From: a virus
Taxonomy: Duplodnaviria; Heunggongvirae; Uroviricota; Caudoviricetes; Schitoviridae
Virus record (IMG/VR): IMGVR_UViG_2974569618_000001
Coordinates: 11,930-75,929 of that record
Strand: one strand, 5' to 3'
DNA: 64,000 nt
This document shows, piece after piece, positions 30,359 to 39,071 of this stretch; position 1 is the first letter of the stretch, and the number at the start of each line of letters is the position of its first letter. The translations under genes were made by a program, and so were the position numbers. A model generated the notes under the pieces. The model was not told the origin of the DNA. It saw nothing but the letters and a program-made list of their open reading frames with translations, and searched no databases.

Positions 30359-31332
30359 AAGTACCTTAGTCTCTGTTCACATACCGGAGCAGCATCGCAA
30401 TAAGCACAACGCTTTACCTCTCCCGGTATAATTTTCACAATGCCCGCACCGCCTTTTGTCACCTTCCAGTGATGGTTCGCCTCTGGAAGTGAGTCAAAAT
30501 TCTTGGTGGAACGCCCACTTGTCTTCGTTGCATCGGCGTAATACTTGTACTGGGGTTTGCTACGCCAGAGTTCCTCATCCGAACATTCGGGGATCTCTGA
30601 CTCAGGTTTGTCCCAATACTTTTCTATCGCATCGATTTTATTCGCTACCCACTTCTCGGTATCACGCAGATCCAGTAAGGGATATTCCTTTTTGGCTAAA
30701 CGCTTCTGGGGATAGTCAGAACTGGATCTGGCTTGTGCTTTCTGCCAGTCAGTGAAGATGAAATTAATCCGCATAAAGTCTGCGGTTATCACTGGCAATG
30801 GCTGTGCAGCATCGATCCAACGATAAAGGGAACCCTGCAACTGATAGTTTTCGTCATTGTTCCCAAACACCCATGAATAGGCTGTTGTGGACTTGTTATC
30901 GTGAACGATACCTTCGGCAACCATGTCGAACTTACCGCCAATGGTGTAGCCCCTGAACTTCCTGAAAGCACGCTGTTCCAGATAAACCGGAATAGGATTC
31001 TTCGCTGCTTTGAGTTCTTCTGGAGTTGGGTTGATCATGACACGATCAATGATGTGATCGGCATAACCCAGTTTTTTCAGAGAACTTTTGTAGCTCATCT
31101 TCCATGCTTTTTCGATGGAGTCATGAAGGGAGTGACCTAAAGCACGGGAAATGTAATCTTCCAGATCTTCCTGTACTTCTTTGCGGTCAACACGGGCTGA
31201 TAATACGAGAGCTTTGAGTGGTTTCATCAGCTTAGTAACCGAGATGTATTTCGGCTCGTTGATGTAGTCATACTCGTCATGCAGCAGCCATATAGCCAGA
31301 GCCATAGGAATGTTGCTGTTATTGGTAATCAT
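30355..31332 (-). CDS. PD-(D/E)XK-family nuclease with a C-terminal Cys cluster (Cas4/RecB-like exonuclease)
   Basis: The C-terminus CAYCDAAPVC is typical of Fe-S-containing RecB/Cas4-type nucleases. RBS AGGAG. Confidence 0.45.
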   Translation of the reverse strand: MITNNSNIPMALAIWLLHDEYDYINEPKYISVTKLMKPLKALVLSARVDRKEVQEDLEDYISRALGHSLHDSIEKAWKMSYKSSLKKLGYADHIIDRVMINPTPEELKAAKNPIPVYLEQRAFRKFRGYTIGGKFDMVAEGIVHDNKSTTAYSWVFGNNDENYQLQGSLYRWIDAAQPLPVITADFMRINFIFTDWQKAQARSSSDYPQKRLAKKEYPLLDLRDTEKWVANKIDAIEKYWDKPESEIPECSDEELWRSKPQYKYYADATKTSGRSTKNFDSLPEANHHWKVTKGGAGIVKIIPGEVKRCAYCDAAPVCEQRLRYL

Positions 31333-31398
31333 GTGGGGATTTCTCCTGAGAAATGATAGTCAAGCACTGCCAGATAAAAGGCTGACAGTGCTTTGCTT

Positions 31399-31677
31399 TT
31401 ACTTCTCGCGTGTAGCCTTTTTCAGTATCCGGCTTGAGTAATGCACCAGTTTCTGAGCACTTCTGACGGGAGTATTGCCTACCTTCCCTTTCCCATTGGT
31501 TCTTTCGTTTGCAGTACGCCAGATCTCTTTAAAGACATTGGCCTCGTCAAACGTCATACCCAGTGCGTCGATAATGTCCTCGCACTCCGCAGTGTACGGA
31601 GGCTGTTCTTCTCGCTGGGGATAGGCAATTGGGGCAAGGTAGTAATTAACCCTACCCCCGGATGATTCCTTACTCAT
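31399..31677 (-). CDS. Hypothetical protein (about 92 aa)
   Basis: Likely ATG at 31677. The track start is a TTG one codon upstream. Confidence 0.4.
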   Translation of the reverse strand: MSKESSGGRVNYYLAPIAYPQREEQPPYTAECEDIIDALGMTFDEANVFKEIWRTANERTNGKGKVGNTPVRSAQKLVHYSSRILKKATREK

Positions 31678-32053
31678 CAAAGGCGTTAGGCTTAACGACT
31701 TTCAGATCAGGCTTTGCTGCTTCACTTGGTTCAGCAGGTGCAGCTTCTTCCTTGAACTCAAATTCAGCTTTGGACATAAGGCCCAGAGGAATCAGGTTCA
31801 GAATCACCACGTCATGTACCTGTACAGCCTGAGCAGCTTCTTCACCGATACGTTGAAGGAACTGAATGTGTGCAGCCTGTTGAGCACGGCTGACCATTTT
31901 GACAGGGAAATTCTCATTGTCATTCAGTACCACGGCATTCATTTCAATGCCCTGCACTTCATGCATTGGAGCAGTGTCACCTTCTTCGATCTTTGGCCCG
32001 AAAATAATTTTCGCCGCTACCATGAAGTGAAACATTTTCTTGTCGTCAGACAT
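31670..32053 (-). CDS. Hypothetical protein (127 aa)
   Basis: RBS AAGGAAA. Confidence 0.5.
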   Translation of the reverse strand: MSDDKKMFHFMVAAKIIFGPKIEEGDTAPMHEVQGIEMNAVVLNDNENFPVKMVSRAQQAAHIQFLQRIGEEAAQAVQVHDVVILNLIPLGLMSKAEFEFKEEAAPAEPSEAAKPDLKVVKPNAFDE

Positions 32054-32103
32054 AAGGGTTTCCTTTAAAACTTATGTTGGGGTAGCTATGGTAGATCACA
32101 GCT

Positions 32104-32131
32104 ATAAAAAAGGCTACCGAGTTGGTAGCCT
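32104..32131 (-). terminator. Rho-independent terminator after the fibre gene
   Basis: GGCTACC-gagtt-GGTAGCC hairpin followed by TTTTTTAT on the minus strand. Confidence 0.55.
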
Positions 32132-32148
32132 TGATTTGTAAAGGACAG

Positions 32149-34308
32149 TTAACTCATTGCTAAATCAGCAATTGGAGTCAGTGTGTAGGATGATCCTTTG
32201 AGGATATTACACCAGTCACCAGAGGCCAGAGCCACGTTCAGTTCTACTGGACTTGGGTCAACATAGTTGAATTCCATAACCCCTTCGATGACTGTCACAC
32301 CTTCCTGAGCAGCACCCGTACAACCAGTTACTGCTTTGCTTGGTTCAATTGAAACGCTTGAGGCAATAACGCCAGAAGCATTTGGTGAACGGCAGTCAAT
32401 ACGGAAGATCTGAGCACCCATGCGTGACAGGGTAACGGTGAATGTTGCTCCCACAGAACCCTGAGTTAACAGGATTGCTTTGAACGCATACATCTTTCCG
32501 GTAACAGCCACACTGGAGCCACTGTTAGTGATACCCAGAGCTTTAGCTGTTGCACCCAATGTCACGTTGGCTGGTACTACACCACCGGGAATTGATGCAC
32601 CACCACCACCTCCACCGGAAGATGGGCCAATCAGGATCCATGCAGACCATGTTGATGTTCCACTCTGGAAACGAACATAAGTCTTACCTGTATCGTTGAT
32701 GATGCCCAACTGTGTCACATAACCAGCACCCGATGGCATACAGAAGCCTCGACCATAAGATCCTGCAACTGGTGTGTTGGTTGTGGCATCGTTCCATGTA
32801 AAGATCTGACCACGAACAATACTGTTCAGGTTAGTGGCTGCATCGGTAAACGTTGCCGTAATACCGTACTGTTCCATGAACTCACGAACACCCGCTGGGG
32901 TAGTCGGAATCAGGGAACTCGTTGCAGCTTTAGCCTCTGCTGTTTGAGCAAGAGGCATTTCCCAGATCTTTGCCCATGTCGTTCCGGTACGCTGCCATGC
33001 TGAGATATAACCGTTTGCACTGTGAACCATTGCAACGGATCCATCTGCACCATCAGAAGATGTTGGCACAGCAGTTAACAGCAGTACGCTGGTTCCACCA
33101 CCTGATCCACCTGTACCATCCTGACCCTGATAAGCAGAGCTATACAGCGTTTTAGCCGAAGCATCTGACAGGGTGATAACAGTACGAGTCCACAGGTAAC
33201 TGCCCTTTGCCACGTTAGGAATTGTGGCTGACCACGTTCCTGTTGGTGGCGTACTTCCACTGGTTCCTGACTGGTATGTTGTTGTCACATCTGTGATTCC
33301 CACACCATTGGAACCATCCAAAGGAATATAGCTAACGCTGTAACCAACACTGGTTGAAGCATCGCTATACGTGATTGTGGTTCGAGTCCACAAATACTGG
33401 CCTTTAGTCACAGCAGGAATCGCAGTAGTCCATACACCAGTTGGTGTCACAGTACCGGATGTACCAGCCTGATAAGCCACAGCAGTTGCAGACACGCCTA
33501 CACCATTGCTGCCATTTGTACCGTTCTTGCCTTGATAGGCAACAGTGTACGAAGGCAGAACATCACCATTGGTCATGGTGAACTGCATACGAGTCCAGAG
33601 ATACTGACCCGGATTAACAGTTGGTGGAGCGTCAACCCATGTACCAGTAGGCACAGTGGTTGCATTGGTTCCAGCTTGGTAGCCGATGGCTACGGATTTA
33701 ATACCGTTACCGTCTGCACCTGCCGGAGCCTGAAACTCAATCCAGTGATCCAGATCTTCTTTAGGGGGGAACAGCGAGACATACGCTGTGTCACCAGAAA
33801 GGATCCACATGGAATTATTACCATCAGCGTTATTACTAAACACGTAATCGCCGGGAACATAGGTTGAACCCAGTACCCATGCTTGACGGTTAGTTAACCC
33901 TGTACCATCTTTACCGTGCAGGGATTGCACCCATTCGGCTTCGGACTTCTTTGGGTTATCGCTGGTGGTATCGAGGTACGATTGGTAACTGGATTTACCA
34001 GTATCACCTTTGATGCTCTCACCCGGTTTCCCATTAAGTGAAGCCAACCACTGAACTTCTGTTTTCACAGGGTTATCAGTTGTGGTTTTCACATAGGACA
34101 TGTAGGCAGAATCGCCTTTCTCTCCCGGCTCACCACGCAGTGATTTGATCCAGTCAGCCTCAGACTTAACTGGATTGTCAGACGTAGTTTCTACATACGA
34201 CTGATAAGAAGACTTACCATCATCGCCTTTGTCACCGTCTTTACCGGGCTTACCCTGTAATACGGTTCCTGCAAAGTCGAGAGTAAGTCCGTCAATAATC
34301 TGTGTCAT
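32149..34308 (-). CDS. Fibre-like protein with collagen-like triplet repeats, three Ig-like repeats and a C-terminal globular domain
   Basis: G-X-Y runs such as GKPGKDGDKGDDGKS. Three repeats of about 40 aa and three of about 66 aa. Confidence 0.6.
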   Translation of the reverse strand: MTQIIDGLTLDFAGTVLQGKPGKDGDKGDDGKSSYQSYVETTSDNPVKSEADWIKSLRGEPGEKGDSAYMSYVKTTTDNPVKTEVQWLASLNGKPGESIKGDTGKSSYQSYLDTTSDNPKKSEAEWVQSLHGKDGTGLTNRQAWVLGSTYVPGDYVFSNNADGNNSMWILSGDTAYVSLFPPKEDLDHWIEFQAPAGADGNGIKSVAIGYQAGTNATTVPTGTWVDAPPTVNPGQYLWTRMQFTMTNGDVLPSYTVAYQGKNGTNGSNGVGVSATAVAYQAGTSGTVTPTGVWTTAIPAVTKGQYLWTRTTITYSDASTSVGYSVSYIPLDGSNGVGITDVTTTYQSGTSGSTPPTGTWSATIPNVAKGSYLWTRTVITLSDASAKTLYSSAYQGQDGTGGSGGGTSVLLLTAVPTSSDGADGSVAMVHSANGYISAWQRTGTTWAKIWEMPLAQTAEAKAATSSLIPTTPAGVREFMEQYGITATFTDAATNLNSIVRGQIFTWNDATTNTPVAGSYGRGFCMPSGAGYVTQLGIINDTGKTYVRFQSGTSTWSAWILIGPSSGGGGGGASIPGGVVPANVTLGATAKALGITNSGSSVAVTGKMYAFKAILLTQGSVGATFTVTLSRMGAQIFRIDCRSPNASGVIASSVSIEPSKAVTGCTGAAQEGVTVIEGVMEFNYVDPSPVELNVALASGDWCNILKGSSYTLTPIADLAMS
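33094..33702 (-). repeat. Three tandem coding repeats of about 200 bp (Ig-like domains) inside the fibre gene
   Basis: Protein repeats 'AYQAGTxxTxPTGxWxxxxPxVxxGxYLWTRxxxT...' occur three times. Confidence 0.6.
33916..34254 (-). repeat. Three tandem coding repeats of about 115 bp (collagen-like units)
   Basis: Repeated 'GxPGExGDxxxSSYQSYxxTTSDNPxKxEAxWxxSL' units. Confidence 0.55.
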
Positions 34309-34637
34309 TGGGTAATCCCCCGAACAATCTGGACAGTGACAGTTGTTGAGCGAATTAAACTTCCCTCAGCAGACTGAAATAACACATCCAACTCAGCCAG
34401 ACCTACAGGCCAGTTTTCTGTTGCGTTATCATACAGCGTCAGCATCTTCGTTGTCTTTGGATCAGCCCAGAAACAATTCAGGTTGGCAATAAGGCCATTG
34501 CTCTGATTGCTTTTGTACTTACGGAGTTGTGCCTTTGGCAGATAGCCTTTGAAAAACCCGGCCTCAACAGAGTCCGGGATCTTCATTACAAAGCTAAATG
34601 TCTGTCCTTTGGCAAATACCAGATTTGGCTCAGTCAT
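34305..34637 (-). CDS. Hypothetical protein (110 aa) in the fibre module
   Basis: RBS AAGGG. Confidence 0.5.
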   Translation of the reverse strand: MTEPNLVFAKGQTFSFVMKIPDSVEAGFFKGYLPKAQLRKYKSNQSNGLIANLNCFWADPKTTKMLTLYDNATENWPVGLAELDVLFQSAEGSLIRSTTVTVQIVRGITQ

Positions 34638-34646
34638 TTGCTACCC

Positions 34647-35318
34647 TTACGATGTGATGGTTACTTTCAGAGTCGAAGTAAGGATACCATCAGTTACGGT
34701 ATAAGTAGCAGTGCCGGGACGCAGGTTAGCAACGTTCTGTTGAGCAGGGTTACTGCTTGGCAGTGGAGCAACACTTGTGTCGGTACTTGACCAGAAGCCA
34801 TTGGCAAATCGGGAACCAGAGGCATTAGCAGGAATAAAGTTGGTATCGTTGTCATACCGCATATAGAAAATGCCGAGATAACGAGTACCAGACGGAGCAT
34901 CAAATGTGTACGTTTGGTTATTAACCTTCACTACCTGCTGACTTTGGTTCCCAATATCGTTCTGGTATTTAACGTAAACGTTGACCACATCAACCGTATT
35001 GGAATACGCAGTCTTGTCACCGTTAATTACTTTAAGGCGATAAGTTCCCTGATCAGCAACAACACCTGTTTTGCTCAGTTGGGCTTTATTCTGTCCTGCC
35101 ACATCTGACCATGTGTTATCTGCATTCTGTTTCTGCCACTGGAACCCAGTTGCAGGTGATGCAGCAGCACCCGTAATACGGAATGGGCCGCCGACCTGAT
35201 ACAGAGCCTGAACTACTGGTTGGGCCGAAAATACTGGATTCTGGAAGTTCCCTCTACGAGAGAAGGAACGACCACCAGAAAACGACCGAACCACATTTAG
35301 TGGATTAGGTCGGATCAT
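34647..35318 (-). CDS. Ig-like / beta-sandwich protein (223 aa)
   Basis: Beta-strand-rich, N/T/S-rich sequence. ATGA overlap with the upstream gene. Confidence 0.5.
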   Translation of the reverse strand: MIRPNPLNVVRSFSGGRSFSRRGNFQNPVFSAQPVVQALYQVGGPFRITGAAASPATGFQWQKQNADNTWSDVAGQNKAQLSKTGVVADQGTYRLKVINGDKTAYSNTVDVVNVYVKYQNDIGNQSQQVVKVNNQTYTFDAPSGTRYLGIFYMRYDNDTNFIPANASGSRFANGFWSSTDTSVAPLPSSNPAQQNVANLRPGTATYTVTDGILTSTLKVTITS

Positions 35319-35779
35319 ACTTTGAATGCCTCACCTTTAACGGTTACAGACGTATTGGTCTGATCCACACGGCGAACACCAATCTGATTGGCATTGGTAA
35401 TGCCCATGATCAGTCGGCTACCACCGTTAGGCACGGAGATTGCTACACCAGCACCGTTGCGACGATACTCAATGGCAACGCCAGTGTCGTTCACCAGATC
35501 GAAAGATTCACATGCCTGTGAACCAAAGACTGTCCAGTTAGCACCAGTGGCATCAGTAGCCACACTCACTGCTGTAACAGCAGAGTAAGTTGGCATCTTC
35601 ACTTGGTTCTGTAATGCTGCAATAGCAGTCAGCACTGGAGTCAGGTCAGTACCTGAACCACTACCGCCCCCACCAGATGTAGGCTTGCCTGTTGCTGGAT
35701 CAATCATTACGGCTGCAACAACTTTGACCTTTTCTTGGTCAGCAGTGTTGAGTACATTTACATTTACTTGACTTGTCAT
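35315..35779 (-). CDS. Hypothetical structural-like protein (154 aa) with a Gly/Ser linker
   Basis: The track start at 35821 falls inside the promoter. ATG at 35779 (MTSQVNV) is the likely start. Confidence 0.45.
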   Translation of the reverse strand: MTSQVNVNVLNTADQEKVKVVAAVMIDPATGKPTSGGGGSGSGTDLTPVLTAIAALQNQVKMPTYSAVTAVSVATDATGANWTVFGSQACESFDLVNDTGVAIEYRRNGAGVAISVPNGGSRLIMGITNANQIGVRRVDQTNTSVTVKGEAFKV

Positions 35780-35804
35780 GGCTATTTCCCAGTTGGTTGA
35801 ACAA

Positions 35805-35836
35805 TGGGAGTATACCAGCACAATAAATAAGTTGGG
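35805..35836 (-). promoter_or_regulatory. Sigma70-type extended -10 promoter (TGGTATACT) for the fibre module
   Basis: On the minus strand: ...TTATTTATTGTGCTGGTATACT, directly after the terminator of the DNA polymerase gene. Confidence 0.35.
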
Positions 35837-35851
35837 CCTCGAATGAGGCCC
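35821..35851 (-). terminator. Rho-independent terminator after the DNA polymerase gene
   Basis: GGGCCTC-gaat-GAGGCCC hairpin followed by AACTTATTTATT on the minus strand. Confidence 0.5.
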
Positions 35852-35855
35852 GATT

Positions 35856-38552
35856 TCACGCTGCTTTCATGGCTGAGTCTATGGCCTCAAAGACCTGATC
35901 CTCAGTTGCATGGTTCGGTATGCCAATTTCCTCACACCATGTTGGGTAGAAGATTGACAGTTCACCACCTAGTTTCACCTCATCGTGACAAATAGCAGGA
36001 TGATCCTGCCACTCTACAGCTTTAACGAGATGTTCATTGGTGAACATGATTGCGTCAATATCATCTCTGATGAGCATATACTGAGCATCATGAATGTGAG
36101 CACAAGGACGAATGTCGAGCCTGTGTTTACTGGCTCTGACTTTGCCCATGAACTCTGCCGATGCACGGGAGTTCAGCAGACACCACGACTGACCGAGAGC
36201 ATTTCCGGCTGTACGGCCTTCTGCCTCTGCCTCGTACGGCGTCTTACTGGTTCCACGTATCACCTGCTTGAGCAGTGGAGTACGGACACGAAGCCCGAAT
36301 GCCACAGTGACATAACCATCAATGGTTGCCTGATCCAACTGCTTGTTCACCCAATCGATACTTACGCTATAAAGCTGTTTGAAACGATCTTCAACCAGCA
36401 CAGCTTTCTCTTTGGGGAAACCACAGTTCTTCATCAGAGTATGGTGAGTACCCTGATAAGTCATTGCAAACGTTGGTGCTTTAGAGTCCTGACGCATCAG
36501 AGGATACTTGACCTCGATGGAGTTAATGGACTCCACAGACGTTGGATCAATGTCTGGCATAGCTTCACCGAAGTAAGCATGAGCACGAAGACAGTGACCG
36601 TCATAACCGTCTGTATACACTTTCAGTTTGTTTGGATCTTTGGTTGTCAGGGCAGAGATTCTGTCCTCTAACGAGGCAAAGTCTAAGCCTGCAAACATCC
36701 AGCCCGGTGGTGCTTGGAAGCAATACTTGATCAGCTTGCCGAGAGAAAGTTTACCCTTCTTCGTAAACTGAGCCAGTATAGGGAACATTTCCAGCATCAC
36801 GGCAGAGACAGCCATTGATACGTTGGCTGGTAAGTTCTGCAAGTTTGGATCCGAAGAACTCAGTCGGCCTGATACCGTACCGCCCAGATTGAAGTTGCCG
36901 AACAGGTAATGCCAGCCATCTGGCCCCAGTGCTGCATTCTTCATTGCTGGAATAAAGCTGGTGATGATCTTATCCACCGCTTTGTAATCCTGTAATGCTT
37001 TCAGGAATTCCAGCACTTCTGGATCTTTGGTGTGGTTAATCAGGGCAGCAATGGTATCCCCGTCAGTGCTTGGCTGCTTGCTGTCAGTCAGACTGATAAC
37101 AGGCAAGTCCAGCACGTTGAACAGCAGATCCTGCAATTGCTGATTGCTGTTGGGGTTAAACGTAATGGCTTTAATAACCGATGCAGTCTTGGAAGCCATA
37201 GCCTCTTCGACTGTCATACGTTTGTTCTTCCACTCAGCGTTTTTCTTTTCCACCCACTTCTCAGCAATACGATAACTGTATTCCTGAATCAGTTTGGTTC
37301 CACGGATTACCTTAACTGACTGTTCACACATTTCAGTCAGAATGGCATCAACCTGACAGACGTGCTCCATGTTGATCGGCATACCAGTAAGCTGCATCTG
37401 TACAATGTCCAGAATTGCAGGCTTAAACAGGGTTTGATAAATCTCTTCCTGCTGGTCAAACACAACCGTTTCACGGTGCTTATTGAAGGTGTACCACGTA
37501 GACAGGCCATCGATTAAGTTGTATTGCAACAACTGATCCAATGGGATTTTGGTAATGTCTGTAATCTCGTCCTGAGCATAGTTACCAGCATATTCCTGAG
37601 CCTGTTCTTTCAGGCTGAGTTTATTGCCAGCACAGGAGTTGGTTGCCAGATAAGTGATCAGCTTGGTGTCATCCCAGTTCCTGAGCATAACATCCATGCC
37701 GTCGAGCAAACCCTCAGTATCAGTAATGTCTTTCATAAACAACTGATAAATCAGGACATACACATCATACGAGATGTTGTGATAAATGCCTGTACTGAGG
37801 AATTGCTGAAAGAACGCCTTGAGCATTCTCCTTACTGGATCATTACGGACATTCCTGCCGTAGTGCTTACCTTTGTTTTCGTCAGTCCACTCTTCCGGCT
37901 TATAGTCCACCGGAAAGGCTATCCCTTCATGCTGGTTCCAGCAGAAAGTGATTGTGCCGATACCTGCCGTATGATGCTTGAGGCTGAACGCTTCAATATC
38001 AATTGCCAGTGGCACATTCATTTCCAGCAGCTTGACCAGCCATGCTTCGATTTCATGAAGCTGTTTAGGATACGCTGCATAGTGAATGATGTTCTCACCG
38101 GGCTTTTCATACTGGCCTGTAACGTGGCTGACAAGGGCTTTCATACCCGTTGCAATCTTGGCAGTAACCTTCTCTGGATCATAAAACACAGCACGATAGT
38201 TCGGCACATAGATAGCCTTTACCCCGTACTCAGTGTCCATGACATAGCCCAGATTGGCTTCTGCTTTTGCTGATTTGGTCAGAGCTTTGAAATAGTCTGA
38301 GTCAGCACAGATCACATACTCAACACCGAAGTCTTTCCAGACGGGAACCAGTTCAGAAGTAATATACTCCCTCATGATAGCCATTGGCGTTTTCTTCTTG
38401 CCCTCTGCATAGTGCAGAGTCAACACCATAGTGTCATCAGGTGTGATGCCATAATCTGTCAGGTAGTGACGGACGATTTCATCTTTGCGGATCTGAGGAA
38501 CCAGCAAACAGACAGGATAGTTATCCTGCTCAGAGAAAATCAGATTCTGCAT
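35856..38552 (-). CDS. Family A DNA polymerase with 3'-5' exonuclease domain (N4 gp39-like)
   Basis: Exo I motif LAIDIEAF. Motif B RQDSKAPTFAMTYQG (R..K...F..YG). Size 898 aa. Confidence 0.8.
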   Translation of the reverse strand: MQNLIFSEQDNYPVCLLVPQIRKDEIVRHYLTDYGITPDDTMVLTLHYAEGKKKTPMAIMREYITSELVPVWKDFGVEYVICADSDYFKALTKSAKAEANLGYVMDTEYGVKAIYVPNYRAVFYDPEKVTAKIATGMKALVSHVTGQYEKPGENIIHYAAYPKQLHEIEAWLVKLLEMNVPLAIDIEAFSLKHHTAGIGTITFCWNQHEGIAFPVDYKPEEWTDENKGKHYGRNVRNDPVRRMLKAFFQQFLSTGIYHNISYDVYVLIYQLFMKDITDTEGLLDGMDVMLRNWDDTKLITYLATNSCAGNKLSLKEQAQEYAGNYAQDEITDITKIPLDQLLQYNLIDGLSTWYTFNKHRETVVFDQQEEIYQTLFKPAILDIVQMQLTGMPINMEHVCQVDAILTEMCEQSVKVIRGTKLIQEYSYRIAEKWVEKKNAEWKNKRMTVEEAMASKTASVIKAITFNPNSNQQLQDLLFNVLDLPVISLTDSKQPSTDGDTIAALINHTKDPEVLEFLKALQDYKAVDKIITSFIPAMKNAALGPDGWHYLFGNFNLGGTVSGRLSSSDPNLQNLPANVSMAVSAVMLEMFPILAQFTKKGKLSLGKLIKYCFQAPPGWMFAGLDFASLEDRISALTTKDPNKLKVYTDGYDGHCLRAHAYFGEAMPDIDPTSVESINSIEVKYPLMRQDSKAPTFAMTYQGTHHTLMKNCGFPKEKAVLVEDRFKQLYSVSIDWVNKQLDQATIDGYVTVAFGLRVRTPLLKQVIRGTSKTPYEAEAEGRTAGNALGQSWCLLNSRASAEFMGKVRASKHRLDIRPCAHIHDAQYMLIRDDIDAIMFTNEHLVKAVEWQDHPAICHDEVKLGGELSIFYPTWCEEIGIPNHATEDQVFEAIDSAMKAA

Positions 38553-38563
38553 GGAAACCCCGG

Positions 38564-39064
38564 TTAGTACATGAGACGGCTAACGACATAGATCTGGATT
38601 TTGGGCAGCATTTTATGGTACTGCCTTGTCAGACGTGGATCGTCTTCAATCGCTTCTTCCACACTGCGTGAACGCCGTAGTTGGTTGAATTTTGGGATTA
38701 AAGAGACGACACAATCCGGCAGCAAGTCCCTTGCTTCCTGATCACATGTAGCCCGTGACAGAAGTTTAAAAATGATCTGACTGATTTGCTGGCAGTCGAG
38801 CATGATCTGAGCTTCATCTTTCAGATGACGGTTCATCTCATCGTTCAATGACCACGCCAGCATTGGCAGACGTTCAATAGTCTTGGTTTTGCTGTGTCTG
38901 AACAGCACACCGTTATACATAAAGCCAGTTGGACTGCTACCGGTTATCTCACGATGTTGGTCAACCAGACGATCAATGTTGGCCTGCAAACGGCGTCTTT
39001 CAGCTTCGAACATTGCAGCCATCAGATCCTGTATTGAGTGATACAAAGAACTTTCTTTTTTCAT
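38564..39064 (-). CDS. Hypothetical protein (166 aa)
   Basis: RBS AGGTGA. Confidence 0.5.
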   Translation of the reverse strand: MKKESSLYHSIQDLMAAMFEAERRRLQANIDRLVDQHREITGSSPTGFMYNGVLFRHSKTKTIERLPMLAWSLNDEMNRHLKDEAQIMLDCQQISQIIFKLLSRATCDQEARDLLPDCVVSLIPKFNQLRRSRSVEEAIEDDPRLTRQYHKMLPKIQIYVVSRLMY

Positions 39065-39071
39065 GGATCAC

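Noticed and set aside
35985-38273. Plus-strand ORFs of 228, 95 and 249 aa inside the DNA polymerase gene
   Set aside because: They are antisense to a conserved family A polymerase ORF.
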